DNA of 54,047 bases from assembly GCA_029218465.1 (NCBI GenBank), contig JAQXRJ010000022.1, forward strand, positions 1-54,047. Reading direction: 5' to 3'. Made by a program: the position numbers and the translations under genes. Shown here piece by piece: positions 19,315 through 30,126 of the stretch (its first letter is position 1; every line of letters begins with the position of its first letter). The DNA is from a bacterium. GTDB taxonomy: Bacteria; Bacillota_I; Bacilli_A; RF39; UBA660. The notes beneath the pieces are model-generated. The model made no database searches. It saw nothing but the letters and a program-made list of their open reading frames with translations, and was not told the origin of the DNA.

Positions 19315-20754
19315 TTATATTAAAATTACTAATATAGTAAATACAATCAATAAAACTGCAAGAATTTCAAGTATAAATTTCCAAATTGACTTAATCCATT
19401 TACCATATGAAACATTTAAGTAAGATAATATAGCAATTAGAATAATACTAGTTGGAGCAAATAAACTCATAAATCCGTACATACCTTGCCAAATTAAGGC
19501 AATAACAGAATATACACTTGAATCAGTTATTATTTCTGTAATATATTGCAATGTACTTGAAGCAACATAATAAATATCAACATAGAACACACTTGTTATG
19601 AATGATACTAAACTCATTGTAAATGAATTAAGTCCTTTAGTTAAAGTGAGTAATGGTTTAGTAATCGTTAAAACAATTGGATTATATGTAATAGCTATTA
19701 AAACAACATAAATAAATGTAACTAATAAGGCAGGTTTAATTGCTTTTTTCGCACCATCAACAAAGCTATCTAAATATTCATTAAATTTAATTTTATATAT
19801 TTTAGATATTATAAATGAAGCTATCACAAGCATAGTAGAAACATTTAATATACTCCATTCCTCAAAAGCAGGAATATTTCCCAAAATTTTTCCTAAAATT
19901 GGAAATTTCGCAATTTTAAATGAAGATAAAACAGCTTCTGTAGCTTTACTAAATATATTTAATCCAAATACACTTGACCAAGAAGTAAATGATAATAACA
20001 TTACTATGAACACTAAATCAATAATAACTACTAATGGCCATATTTTAGAATCCGTATTTACTAATTCAGGAATATATTCATTATTATTTTCAGTTGTCTT
20101 ATCAGTTTTTGTTTTTGAAATATGTCTAATAGTATTAAAAATTAATAAAGCAATACCTAACACTAAAATGATAATCTTTGGAAGCAATTGTGCCATTGCA
20201 TTAGTATTTAATATAGAATTAATTATACCCATACCATTTTGTGCTTTTACACTATAAGAATCCATTACATAAGTTGAAGCAAATGTAGTACCCATTAAAC
20301 CGACAACAATTGATCCAACAGAAACCATTGCTGCAGTAATTTTATCATATCCAAGCATTAATATCAAAGATATAATAAACGGAATAATGATCCAAATACC
20401 TATTGAAACACCACATACAGAAGTCAAAATAGCTAATAAAGAAATTATAAATGCAATAACAATTTTTTCTTTTCCCTTAAATTTACTAACTAGTTTATCT
20501 AATAATTTACGATAAGCACCTGTTTTATAAAGTATACCATAAAATCCTCCAATAACTAGTAAAAATATTATATTATTCCCAAAATATTGTAACGCAACTG
20601 ATGGATAACTAAACAGATCAGAAAGTCCAATTTGACTTCTAGTTCCATCACTAACAATACCATATGAATAATATGTAATAGGTAGTATCCAAGTTAAGAT
20701 AACTGCAACTAAGATTGTTATTCCAATCACTTTAAATAAATTATGTTTTTTCAT
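19315..20754 (-). CDS. YfcC / DcuC-type anaerobic carrier family membrane transporter
   Basis: 479 aa and polytopic. N-terminal FKVIGITILVAVILTWILP and the internal blocks LMLGYDKITAAMV and FVDGAKKAIKPALLV resemble E. coli YfcC as recalled. Confidence 0.6.
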   Translation of the reverse strand: MKKHNLFKVIGITILVAVILTWILPITYYSYGIVSDGTRSQIGLSDLFSYPSVALQYFGNNIIFLLVIGGFYGILYKTGAYRKLLDKLVSKFKGKEKIVIAFIISLLAILTSVCGVSIGIWIIIPFIISLILMLGYDKITAAMVSVGSIVVGLMGTTFASTYVMDSYSVKAQNGMGIINSILNTNAMAQLLPKIIILVLGIALLIFNTIRHISKTKTDKTTENNNEYIPELVNTDSKIWPLVVIIDLVFIVMLLSFTSWSSVFGLNIFSKATEAVLSSFKIAKFPILGKILGNIPAFEEWSILNVSTMLVIASFIISKIYKIKFNEYLDSFVDGAKKAIKPALLVTFIYVVLIAITYNPIVLTITKPLLTLTKGLNSFTMSLVSFITSVFYVDIYYVASSTLQYITEIITDSSVYSVIALIWQGMYGFMSLFAPTSIILIAILSYLNVSYGKWIKSIWKFILEILAVLLIVFTILVILI

Positions 20755-20947
20755 ATTTACCCTCCTTAATATTAATTATACAATATTTGCCTTTAAATAC
20801 AAGCATTTTTAATAAAAAAAGAATTGTTATCTATTTAATAGTAATTTAAAATATATAGTTTTAAAAAATAATTTAAGAAAAAGTTATTAAATCAGTACAA
20901 ATATTACTTGACACTAATATTAATTTATTTTTTATATTTTCTATATT

Positions 20948-21000
20948 AAAAAAAGTTACAGTTCAGTTAAATTATTTTACATTTTTAACTAAATTGTAAC
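20948..21000 (-). terminator. rho-independent terminator after lysS
   Basis: 17-bp arms (15/17 matching) gttacagttcagttaaa / tttaactaaattgtaac. On the minus strand they are followed by UUUUUUU. Confidence 0.6.
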
Positions 21001-21009
21001 AAAAATCTT

Positions 21010-22479
21010 TTACTTTTTTTCTTTCATCATAGGAAATAATACAACATCTCTAATAGATGGTTGATCATATATTAACATAAGTAATCTATCAATTCCAAAA
21101 CCTAATCCAGAAATTGGTGGCATTCCTTGCTCCATAGCATCCATAAAGCCTTCATCAAGTTCCATTGTTTCATCATCACCTTGATCTTTAGCTCTTAATT
21201 GTTCCTCAAACGCTTGTCGTTGAACAATAGGATTAACAAGTTCAGAATACGCCTTACAAAGTTCAGAACCACAAGCAACAACTTGAAACATATCAACAGT
21301 TCTAGGATCAACATCATTTCTTCTTGTAAGAGGCATCATCACTGCTGGATAATTATATATTATTGTAGGCTCAACAATTGATTCACGTATTTTTCTTTTA
21401 TAAACGTAATCAATAATCTGACTTATTGATTTATATTCATCTAAATCTGAATAAGAATATAAACCCTTTTCCACTATTTTATCTTTTAATTCATTAGGAT
21501 CTTCGATTAACAAGAAATCAAAACCAAGTATATTTCTCATTTCTTCAACATAATTTATTCGTGGCCAAAGTTCTTTACCAAAGTCTAGTATATTTCCTTG
21601 ATAATTTACAACAGTAGTGCCTATCAATTCTTTAAGTAATTCTTGAACGAACTTTTTATAAAAAACAATCGTATCCTCAAAATTCCAGTAAGCAACATAC
21701 CATTCAACCTGAGTAAATTCTTGTAAATGTTGTGTATCCATTCCCTCATTTCTAAAACATTTAGCTAGTTCATACACTCTATTAAACCCACCAGCAATGC
21801 ATTGTTTTAAATATGTTTCAGGTGCTATTCTTAAATTAAAATCTACATCAAGTGCATTATGATGAGTATAAAAAGGTCTCGCAGAAGCACCACAAACCGC
21901 GTTTTGCATTATTGGAGTTTCAACTTGTAAAAAACCATTTTCACCTAAATATTTGTGTAAAAAAGCATACAGCTTACTTCTTCCTAAAAATACATTTCTA
22001 GATTCTTCATTTGATATTAAATCAACAAATCTTTTTCTATATTTTAATTCAACATCATTCAATCCATGAAATTTTTCAGGAAGAGGTGTTAAAGCCTTTC
22101 CTAAAAAAGTTAAACTTTCAGCTAATAAGGTTTTTTCACCCGTTTGTGTAGTAATTATTTCTCCTTTTACACCAATATAATCCCCAACATCAACAAGTTT
22201 TTTAAAAAAATCATAATCTTTTTCTTTAGTAACATCATGTTTTAATTGAACTTGAATTCCAGCTTCTATATCTCTAATTCGAATAAATGCAAGTTTACCC
22301 ATTTTTCGCATAAATACAATTCTACCAGCAATACTAACATCTTTAGTGCCATCATTTAATTCCCTTGCTTCTTTTAATGTATTTGAAATATCATATTTTT
22401 CTGGATAAGGATTTGTATATTTTCTAATTTCATCAATTTTTCCCCTTCTAACTATTTCTTGTTCTGATAACTCTCTCAT
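21010..22479 (-). CDS. lysS: lysine--tRNA ligase (class II)
   Basis: N-terminal OB anticodon-binding region. Class II motifs (YRKRFVDLISNEESRNVF, FRNEGMDTQHLQEFT, GFGIDRLLML). Confidence 0.9.
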   Translation of the reverse strand: MRELSEQEIVRRGKIDEIRKYTNPYPEKYDISNTLKEARELNDGTKDVSIAGRIVFMRKMGKLAFIRIRDIEAGIQVQLKHDVTKEKDYDFFKKLVDVGDYIGVKGEIITTQTGEKTLLAESLTFLGKALTPLPEKFHGLNDVELKYRKRFVDLISNEESRNVFLGRSKLYAFLHKYLGENGFLQVETPIMQNAVCGASARPFYTHHNALDVDFNLRIAPETYLKQCIAGGFNRVYELAKCFRNEGMDTQHLQEFTQVEWYVAYWNFEDTIVFYKKFVQELLKELIGTTVVNYQGNILDFGKELWPRINYVEEMRNILGFDFLLIEDPNELKDKIVEKGLYSYSDLDEYKSISQIIDYVYKRKIRESIVEPTIIYNYPAVMMPLTRRNDVDPRTVDMFQVVACGSELCKAYSELVNPIVQRQAFEEQLRAKDQGDDETMELDEGFMDAMEQGMPPISGLGFGIDRLLMLIYDQPSIRDVVLFPMMKEKK

Positions 22480-22481
22480 TT

Positions 22482-23072
22482 CTATTCCTCCTCAACAATT
22501 GTATTACTTAAAATATCATGTAAACCTCTACCATCTTTTCTTATAGCTACCATAAATAATATTACAATAATAATAACAGAATTAATATTGCTTAAGAAAT
22601 TAATAGTCATTAAGTATTTAGACTTATTAAGAATCATGACCAATATAGCACCAATCAAATTAAGCCAAATACCATAAAGCACTATACTTCTAATTATTAA
22701 ATTATTAAAAGTAAGTTCGCCATTAATACTTTTAATTTTAATTTTAACTAATTTTTTTCCAATAGTTTGACCGTTATTATACACCGGATAAACCATAAAG
22801 TAAAGAATATAAATTACAATATCAACTAAAGATAAAATAACTGTATTTTTAGATATATTATAATTTAAATTGTTAATTTTTTCTAAATAATTATTGTCAT
22901 TAAAATCTTCATTATAGTAATTGCTTAGTGTTTCTAACAATTCTTCTTGCGTTTGTTTTACATTATTATTTAAAGGAACAAAAGAAGTTATTAATGTTGA
23001 TAGAATTACAACAATTAAGATATCAATTAGGTATGCTATAAATCTTTTAAAAAATTTAGCCTTCATAATCAT
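22482..23072 (-). CDS. RDD-family membrane protein
   Basis: Three TM segments, with an N-terminal FFKRFIAYLIDILIV and a C-terminal RKDGRGLHDILSNT motif typical of RDD domains. Confidence 0.6.
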   Translation of the reverse strand: MIMKAKFFKRFIAYLIDILIVVILSTLITSFVPLNNNVKQTQEELLETLSNYYNEDFNDNNYLEKINNLNYNISKNTVILSLVDIVIYILYFMVYPVYNNGQTIGKKLVKIKIKSINGELTFNNLIIRSIVLYGIWLNLIGAILVMILNKSKYLMTINFLSNINSVIIIVILFMVAIRKDGRGLHDILSNTIVEEE

Positions 23073-24048
23073 CCTCCAAAAAAAGCATTTTATAATCGTT
23101 TAATATAGTTATTATATCATTAATACATTTTGATGTGTAAATTTTATTTTTTATTTCATTAGAACCCTTAATTCCTTTTAAATACCAAGCTATATGATTT
23201 CTTATTTCAAGTAAAGTAATCTTCTCACTTTTTATATTTGAAAGATTATCTAAATGTTTTATACACATATTTATTTTGTCAAGATTAGTTGGATTTGGCA
23301 ATAAGATGCCTTCTTCCAAATAACATTTAATTTGTTTAATTAACCATGGATTTCCTAATACACCTCTACCAATCATAATAGCGTCGCAGCCAGTCTCATC
23401 TAACATTTTTTTTGCATCTAATGCAGTTTTTATATCTCCATTACCAATTACAGGAATTGAAACAGAATCCTTAACTAATTTAATAATATTCCAATCAGCT
23501 TTTCCACTATAGCCTTGAGCTCTTGTTCTAGGATGAACGCATATAGCACTTGCACCTGCTTGTTCACATATTTTAGCCACTTCAACTGCATTAATATTGT
23601 TACTATCCCATCCACTTCTAATTTTAACAGTTACTGGCGTATTGACGGACATAACCACAGCTGAAACAATTTCCTTAATTTTGTATGGACTTTTTAGCAA
23701 AGCAGAACCTGCTTGTGATTTAATTGCAACTTTTGGAACTGGACAACCCATATTAATATCAATTATATCGGGATGCATTTTTTTTTCAATATATTTTGCC
23801 GCATTTACGAAAGATTCTTTATCGCTTCCAAATATTTGTTGAACTATAGGCCTTTCAGATTCTTCCATATATAACATTTCTATTGTTTTTTTATTATTAT
23901 AAAATATAGCCTTATCACTTACCATCTCAGCGTATATAAGTCCACAACCAAATTCTTTAATTATTTTTCTAAAGCTAGAATTACATATGCCTGCCATAGG
24001 AGCTAATACAATTCTATTTTCTATTTCTACATTTCCAATTTTCCACAT
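23056..24048 (-). CDS. dusB: tRNA-dihydrouridine synthase
   Basis: LAPMAGICNSSFR, INMGCPVPKV and HPRTRAQGYSGKADW motifs of the Dus family. Confidence 0.85.
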   Translation of the reverse strand: MWKIGNVEIENRIVLAPMAGICNSSFRKIIKEFGCGLIYAEMVSDKAIFYNNKKTIEMLYMEESERPIVQQIFGSDKESFVNAAKYIEKKMHPDIIDINMGCPVPKVAIKSQAGSALLKSPYKIKEIVSAVVMSVNTPVTVKIRSGWDSNNINAVEVAKICEQAGASAICVHPRTRAQGYSGKADWNIIKLVKDSVSIPVIGNGDIKTALDAKKMLDETGCDAIMIGRGVLGNPWLIKQIKCYLEEGILLPNPTNLDKINMCIKHLDNLSNIKSEKITLLEIRNHIAWYLKGIKGSNEIKNKIYTSKCINDIITILNDYKMLFLEDDYEG

Positions 24049-24084
24049 ATATTAAACCACCAAAAAAATTATAACATTTTAATT

Positions 24085-24113
24085 AAAAAGAAAACAACTA
24101 TCAGATGATAGTT
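24085..24113 (-). terminator. probable terminator after ftsH
   Basis: 7-bp stem aactatc/gatagtt with a 4-nt loop. On the minus strand it is followed by UUUUCUUUUU. Confidence 0.45.
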
Positions 24114-24121
24114 ATTTTATA

Positions 24122-26077
24122 TTATTTCTTTAATTCTTCTAAAAGTTGTTCTTTAGTCATTTTTGAATATCCTTTTATACCTTTAGCCTTAACTTTTTCT
24201 TTAAGCTCTGATATTGATAATTCATCAATATTTTCTTCTTTAGGCATTTCACCGTTTTTAACTAAATATTCTATTTGTTCTCTTGTCAATGTTTCATTTT
24301 CTAATAAAGCATTAGCAATAAGATCAAGTAAATCTCTGTTTGATTTGATTATTTTTTCAGTTTTTTTATAACATTCATCAATTATTTTTCTCATCTCAAT
24401 ATCAATCTCATGAGCAACTTCATTAGAAAAATTTCTACTTTTATTGTAATCTCTTCCTAAGAAAACTCCTCCTTGTTGCTGTTCTAATTGAACTGGGCCT
24501 AAATCACTCATACCATATTCAGTAACCATACTTCTTGCTATCTTTGTTGCCTTTTCAAAATCATTATGAGCACCTGTTGTCATCTCATTGAAAATAACTT
24601 CTTCGGCAACACGTCCACCTAGTAATCCACTAATAGTTTCAAGCAATTCTTTTTTTGTAGATAAAAAAGTTTCTTCTTTTGGAAGCATTAAATTATATCC
24701 ACCTGCTTGTCCCCTAGGTATTATTGTTATTTTTTGAACTTCATTTGCACCATCTAATTTTATTCCAACTACGGCATGTCCAGCCTCATGATAAGCAACA
24801 ACTTTCTTCTCGTGTTCCGTATACTTTTTAGATTTTTTCGCTGGACCCATTAAAACCCTATCATGAGCTTCATCTATTTCAGTCATTGTAATAAAATCCT
24901 TATTTCGTCTTACAGCAAGTAAAGCCGCTTCGTTTAATAAATTTTCTAAATCGGCTCCACTAAAACCAACAGTTCTTTTAGCAATATTTTCAAGTTTTAC
25001 ATTAGGTGCAAAAATTTTATTTCTAGCATGAACAGTAAGTATTTCTTCTCTTCCTTTTACATCAGGCAAATTAACAGTTACTTGTCTATCAAATCTACCA
25101 GGTCTTAATAAAGCAGGGTCTAAAACATCAGCTCTATTTGTTGCAGCAATTATAATAATTCCTTCATTTGCACCAAATCCATCCATTTCAGTAAGAAGCT
25201 GATTTAATGTTTGCTCACGCTCATCATGTCCTCCACCTAGTCCAGTTCCTCTTTGACGTCCAACAGCATCAATCTCATCAATAAATATTAAACAAGGGGC
25301 ATTATGTTTTGCTTGCTTAAACATATCTCTTACACGACTTGCTCCCACACCAACAAATAACTCTACAAAATCAGAACCACTAATATAATAGAATGGAACA
25401 TTTGCTTCTCCAGCTACCGCTTTTGCAAGTAGTGTTTTACCAGTACCTGGTGGACCTACAAGTAATACACCTTTAGGTATTCTAGCTCCTAATTTTTGAA
25501 ATTTTTTTGGATTTTTTAAGAAATCAATTAATTCTTGCACTTCCTCTTTTTCTTCTTTTAAGCCAGCAACATCTTTAAAAGTTGTCTTATTCTTTTCACT
25601 ATTAAGTTTAGCTCTACTCTTTCCAAAGTCCATTGATTTACCAGCACTATTCATCTGTCTAGTAAAAAAGAAGAAACCAGCTCCAATAATCAATACAAAT
25701 GGAAGAACATTAACTAAAAATAAAAGCAATGTCCCTGATTCAGGATCATCTTCAGTAGTTAATTTAAACCCTAATTCAGATGAATCCTCATTTAACATCT
25801 TAGCAATTACACTATCAGTTAAAGGTACTTTAAAATAAAATGATTCCCCATCATTATAGGTTGCAAGTTTACCAGAAATTTCATATACACTTGCTCTTTC
25901 TTTTGGAATAATTGTTACTTCAGTAACATTATTTTTTTCTATTTCAATTAAAAATTGATCATATGTAATATTGTTAACAGTTTTATTAGAAACAACAACC
26001 ATATAGTATATTCCAATCATTACTATTAACAAAAATAAATAAGGTAATAAATTTTTCTTTGCACTCTTTTTATTCAT
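24122..26077 (-). CDS. ftsH: ATP-dependent zinc metalloprotease FtsH, with a C-terminal Rho_N/HeH-like tail
   Basis: Two N-terminal TM helices, AAA Walker [14 protein letters not shown], Walker [10 protein letters not shown], zinc site HEAGHA. The ATG at 26077 has an AGGA 8 nt upstream and is preferred over the GTG at 26098. Confidence 0.93.
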   Translation of the reverse strand: MNKKSAKKNLLPYLFLLIVMIGIYYMVVVSNKTVNNITYDQFLIEIEKNNVTEVTIIPKERASVYEISGKLATYNDGESFYFKVPLTDSVIAKMLNEDSSELGFKLTTEDDPESGTLLLFLVNVLPFVLIIGAGFFFFTRQMNSAGKSMDFGKSRAKLNSEKNKTTFKDVAGLKEEKEEVQELIDFLKNPKKFQKLGARIPKGVLLVGPPGTGKTLLAKAVAGEANVPFYYISGSDFVELFVGVGASRVRDMFKQAKHNAPCLIFIDEIDAVGRQRGTGLGGGHDEREQTLNQLLTEMDGFGANEGIIIIAATNRADVLDPALLRPGRFDRQVTVNLPDVKGREEILTVHARNKIFAPNVKLENIAKRTVGFSGADLENLLNEAALLAVRRNKDFITMTEIDEAHDRVLMGPAKKSKKYTEHEKKVVAYHEAGHAVVGIKLDGANEVQKITIIPRGQAGGYNLMLPKEETFLSTKKELLETISGLLGGRVAEEVIFNEMTTGAHNDFEKATKIARSMVTEYGMSDLGPVQLEQQQGGVFLGRDYNKSRNFSNEVAHEIDIEMRKIIDECYKKTEKIIKSNRDLLDLIANALLENETLTREQIEYLVKNGEMPKEENIDELSISELKEKVKAKGIKGYSKMTKEQLLEELKK

Positions 26078-26094
26078 AACAAAATTCCTTTCTT

Positions 26095-27420
26095 TCACTT
26101 ATATCTTAATATTATATCATATTTTTCAACTTTAGACTTAGTAAATTTAGATTTTTTTATTCCAGGTATCCAAATAATATTATCCAAAGAATCTACAACA
26201 ATTGGCCACTTATCTCTATCTTCTTTGTTTATTTTAGAATCAATAAAAATATCTTTAATCTTTTTTGAACCATCAATTTTCTTTAAAAGCATTTTATCTC
26301 CAGATCTTCGAGTTCTAATATATAATGGAAAAGTTACATCATCATATTTTAATCTGCATATATTATTATCATTTATTTCAATCGAATCAATTTTTTCAAT
26401 TATATGACCATTAGGAAGAATTGCATATCCATTAAATTCTATCTCATAATCACAAATCTGATCAATTAAATTATTAATTTCAAGTTTATTATACGATTTT
26501 CTAACAACAATACTATTTGGTAGATTTACTATACCATTTGGTTTTTTTGAATCTATTAATTCATGAATTAATTCAATATGAGAGTCATTAATAAGCATTA
26601 AATCATCTTGATAACAATCATCAACAAACTTACATATAATTCTATATTTTATTAATTCATCAAATGTATTATATACATTAATATCTAATTTTCCATTAAT
26701 ATAACATTTTTTATAATTTTTTATAGTCTCTCTATCAATAAACTCATCGTATTTTTGTAATAATTTACTAAACTTCAAAAATTTTAAATGAACATTCAAA
26801 TCCTCAGATTTTAAAAAAGGTAATACTGTTTTTCTATATCTATTTCTTGTATATTTATCTTTAAAATTAGATTTATCAACAGCAAATTTTATATTATTTT
26901 TTATATCATAATCTTCAAGCTGTTTTTTAGTAACAAATATTAATGGCCTTACTATTTTGTAAGATCCTTTGTCAATTAATGTCTTAAAGCCTGAATAACC
27001 TTTAAGAGAAGACCCTCTTACAATCCTCATTAATATTGTTTCAATCAAATCATCACCATGATGAGCTGTCATCAAATATTGAGCATTATATTTTTTTACA
27101 ACTTCTTCGAAAAAATTATATCTAATAGTTCTGGCTTCATTATGAAAATTATCATCACCATAATTTTCAATTAACATATATTCAAAAAATATATTCTTTT
27201 CTTCGCAAAAACTTTTTAGAAATTTTTCCTCATCCTTACTTTCAGATCTTAAATTATGATTTACATGAGCACATATAATTTTAATATTTATTTTTTTTCT
27301 TATATTTAATAAAATGTCACACAAAGCCATAGAATCAGGACCTGCAGAGTTACCTAATACAATTATATCATTATCTTTTAATCTTACACTATTATATAAA
27401 TAATCATATACTTTGTCCAA
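26095..27420 (-). CDS. tilS: tRNA(Ile)-lysidine synthase
   Basis: N-type ATP-PPase PP-loop variant (LGNSAGPDSMAL). C-terminal TilS domain (RTRRSGDKM ... WPIV). Conserved position upstream of ftsH. No hpt gene lies between them. Confidence 0.8.
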   Translation of the reverse strand: MDKVYDYLYNSVRLKDNDIIVLGNSAGPDSMALCDILLNIRKKINIKIICAHVNHNLRSESKDEEKFLKSFCEEKNIFFEYMLIENYGDDNFHNEARTIRYNFFEEVVKKYNAQYLMTAHHGDDLIETILMRIVRGSSLKGYSGFKTLIDKGSYKIVRPLIFVTKKQLEDYDIKNNIKFAVDKSNFKDKYTRNRYRKTVLPFLKSEDLNVHLKFLKFSKLLQKYDEFIDRETIKNYKKCYINGKLDINVYNTFDELIKYRIICKFVDDCYQDDLMLINDSHIELIHELIDSKKPNGIVNLPNSIVVRKSYNKLEINNLIDQICDYEIEFNGYAILPNGHIIEKIDSIEINDNNICRLKYDDVTFPLYIRTRRSGDKMLLKKIDGSKKIKDIFIDSKINKEDRDKWPIVVDSLDNIIWIPGIKKSKFTKSKVEKYDIILRYK

Positions 27421-27477
27421 AAAACATCACCCACAAACGATATTCTAAAACACAATAATAATAATATCAAGAAAAAA

Positions 27478-27795
27478 CTATTCAGGCATTCTAATAATAT
27501 ATTCTCCATCTTTAGAATAGAGATATTTTTCTCTTAAATACCTAGCCACATATTCGGGATCTTCCATTTTTTCAGCATCAATAATTAATTGTTTCTCTTC
27601 TTTTTTTAGTTCTACTAATTTATTATCTAATTCAATTTTTTCTTTATACTTTGAATAAATTTGTGTCCATAATTTTGATATGGATAAAATAATAAAACAT
27701 GATGAAACAATGCATGTAACACCAAAAACTAAAAATCTTAATAGACTTTTTTTAGCCTTCTGTTTTTTTATTTTTTTCTTAGACACTTTATTCAC
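27478..27795 (-). CDS. septum formation initiator family protein (DivIC/FtsB-like)
   Basis: 105 aa: basic N-terminus, one TM helix, a coiled coil and a C-terminal EYVARYLREKYLYSKDGE motif. Confidence 0.6.
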   Translation of the reverse strand: MNKVSKKKIKKQKAKKSLLRFLVFGVTCIVSSCFIILSISKLWTQIYSKYKEKIELDNKLVELKKEEKQLIIDAEKMEDPEYVARYLREKYLYSKDGEYIIRMPE

Positions 27796-27877
27796 CTACT
27801 TTTCATAAGTATTATATCATTTATTATTTAACTTATAAAGTCTTAAAAAATAAAAAAAGAACTATTTCTAGTCTTTG

Positions 27878-28093
27878 TTAATCAGTATATGGAAGTAATG
27901 CTATAGTTCTTGCTCTTTTTATTTGTTGAGCTATATATCTTTGATGTTTTGCGCAAGCTCCTGTTACTCTACGTGGTAAAATTTTTCCTCTTTCGTTAGT
28001 ATATTTTTTTAATATATCAACATCTTTATAATCAATATTTTTACCAGCACACATATAACATACTTTTTTCTTTTTTCTATAAAATTCTGCCAT
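27878..28093 (-). CDS. rpsR: 30S ribosomal protein S18
   Basis: The [33 protein letters not shown] block is diagnostic. Confidence 0.93.
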   Translation of the reverse strand: MAEFYRKKKKVCYMCAGKNIDYKDVDILKKYTNERGKILPRRVTGACAKHQRYIAQQIKRARTIALLPYTD

Positions 28094-28110
28094 TTTATAT
28101 TCCTCCTTTT

Positions 28111-28587
28111 CTAGAATGGTAATTCATCATCACTAATTTCGATGCTTGAACCAAAGTCTGCGAAAGGATCACTTGTCACATCAGTTGAAATAGGCTGTTG
28201 CGAAAATGATTCAGGTGTTTGATATGATACTTCATTAGAAGAATTATTATAATTCGAAGTATTATTATTAGATTTAGTATCTAAAAATTGAACATTATCA
28301 GCAATTACCTCAGTAATATATCTTTTTTTACCATCTTCACCATCATAACTTCTAGTTTGAATTCTTCCGTCAATAGCAATTTGACTACCTTGTTTAATAT
28401 AATTTTTAACATTTTCAGCCTGTTTTCTCCAAACAACTATATTAATGAAATCCGCTTCTCTTTCACCATTTTGATTAGAATAATTTCTATTAACTGCTAA
28501 AGAAAATGTTGCAACTGGTGTATTGTTAGATGTATATCTAAGTTCTGGATCCCTCGTTAATCTTCCTATCAAAAAAACTTTATTCAT
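28111..28587 (-). CDS. ssb: single-stranded DNA-binding protein
   Basis: [21 protein letters not shown]-fold N-terminus, N/S-rich linker and an acidic DDELPF tip. Confidence 0.93.
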   Translation of the reverse strand: MNKVFLIGRLTRDPELRYTSNNTPVATFSLAVNRNYSNQNGEREADFINIVVWRKQAENVKNYIKQGSQIAIDGRIQTRSYDGEDGKKRYITEVIADNVQFLDTKSNNNTSNYNNSSNEVSYQTPESFSQQPISTDVTSDPFADFGSSIEISDDELPF

Positions 28588-28597
28588 ATATTACCTC

Positions 28598-28891
28598 TTA
28601 TCTTTCATTAACATTAATAACAATATGACGAATAATATTTTCATTAATTAAAGCAACACGATCAAATTCTTTGATTGCATCATCTTTTTCAGATTCAATA
28701 ACAAATAAAAAATAATATCCAGTTCTATACTTATTAATTTCATATGCAAGTTCTCTCTGTCCCATAGCTTTTTCTTCAATAATATTAGCTTTATAATTAG
28801 TTAATAAATCTTTCATAGAATTAGCAACAGAAGCAATACTCGTTTCTTCAAGATCTGGTTTAACAATAAACATTATTTCATATTTTTTCAT
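28598..28891 (-). CDS. rpsF: 30S ribosomal protein S6
   Basis: MKKYEIMFIVKPDL ... YEINKYRTGYYFLF. Conserved rpsF-ssb-rpsR order. Confidence 0.9.
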   Translation of the reverse strand: MKKYEIMFIVKPDLEETSIASVANSMKDLLTNYKANIIEEKAMGQRELAYEINKYRTGYYFLFVIESEKDDAIKEFDRVALINENIIRHIVINVNER

Positions 28892-28987
28892 TATTTACAC
28901 CTCCTTTTGGACATAAGGCCTATTAATATAGGCAAGGAGTATCGAAATACTCGAAAGTAATATATCAAAAAAAAAATACTTTGTAAA
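28892..28987 (-). promoter_or_regulatory. rpsF promoter and structured 5' leader (candidate S6:S18 autoregulatory leader)
   Basis: Minus strand: -35 TTTACA (28982-28987), 17-nt spacer, -10 TATATT (28959-28964). The leader has two adjacent hairpins: GAGUAU-UUCG-AUACUC (28937-28952) and GCCUAU-AUUA-AUAGGC (28918-28933). The SD GGAGG follows. Confidence 0.5.
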
Positions 28988-29014
28988 GTATATTTTTAAT
29001 CGTTTAATAAAAGT

Positions 29015-30112
29015 TTATACATTAAATCTAAAATGGCAAATATCTCCATCTTGCATTATATAATCTTTTCCTTCTAACCTAATTTTTCCTTTCTCCCTAA
29101 CGTTAAATTCACTTCCACATTCTATTAAATCTATATATGATATTACCTCTGCTTTAATAAAACCTTTTTCAAAATCAGTATGAATTATCCCAGCACATTT
29201 TTTTGCATTCATTCCTTTCTTAAAAGTCCATGCTCTAACCTCATCTGGACCTACAGTAAAATAAGTTGAAAGACCAAGAATATCATAAGTTTTTTTAATA
29301 AGCTGATCCAAACCACTTTCTTCTATTCCAATAACAGATAACATTTCTTTTTTATCATAATCATTAAGTTCACTTAACTCTGATTCTAATTTTGCACATA
29401 CTTTAATAGTAACAGAACCTTCCTGAGCAGCGTAGTTTGTAACCATAGACACATACTTATTATTAAAAAGTAATTCTTCTTCTTTAACATTTGCTAAATA
29501 AATCATTGGTTTTAATGTTATTAAATTGAAGTTTTTCAAATAATTTAACTCTTCCTTTGTAAAATCAACTATTCTTAAAGGAATACCTTTCTCTAAAAAA
29601 GATTTTACTTTATTTAAAACTTCTAATTCTTCTAATGAAGCCTTATCTCTATTAGTAATTGCCTTTTTAGCAATTCTTCCAATTCTACCTTCAATTATTT
29701 CTAAATCAGAAATGGATAACTCAACATTAATTATTTCTATATCTCTAATTGGATCTATTCCATTTTCCACGTGAATAACATTCTCATCTTCAAAGCATCT
29801 TACAACATGACATATTGCGTCAACTTCCCTAATATGAGATAAAAATTTATTACCTAATCCTTCACCCTTAGATGCACCTTTTACTAAACCAGCTATATCA
29901 GTAAACTCAAAACTAGCAGGAATTGTTCTTTCTGGAATGTACATTTCTTCTAATTTTTTTAATCGATAGTCAGGAACAATAACTGTTCCAACATTTGGAT
30001 CAATAGTTGCAAAAGGATAATTTGCTGCTAAAATATTTTTTTTAGTTATAGCATTAAATAAAGTTGACTTACCAACATTTGGTAAGCCTACAATACCTGC
30101 TTTCAAACTCAT
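29015..30112 (-). CDS. ychF: redox-regulated ATPase YchF
   Basis: MSLKAGIVGLPNVGKSTLFNA G1 motif and a C-terminal TGS-like block (RAWTFKKGMNAKKCAGIIHTDFEKGFIKAEV). GAGGAGG lies upstream of the ATG at 30112. The 36-codon extension in the track is rejected. Confidence 0.9.
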   Translation of the reverse strand: MSLKAGIVGLPNVGKSTLFNAITKKNILAANYPFATIDPNVGTVIVPDYRLKKLEEMYIPERTIPASFEFTDIAGLVKGASKGEGLGNKFLSHIREVDAICHVVRCFEDENVIHVENGIDPIRDIEIINVELSISDLEIIEGRIGRIAKKAITNRDKASLEELEVLNKVKSFLEKGIPLRIVDFTKEELNYLKNFNLITLKPMIYLANVKEEELLFNNKYVSMVTNYAAQEGSVTIKVCAKLESELSELNDYDKKEMLSVIGIEESGLDQLIKKTYDILGLSTYFTVGPDEVRAWTFKKGMNAKKCAGIIHTDFEKGFIKAEVISYIDLIECGSEFNVREKGKIRLEGKDYIMQDGDICHFRFNV

Positions 30113-30126
30113 TTGTAAAACCTCCT

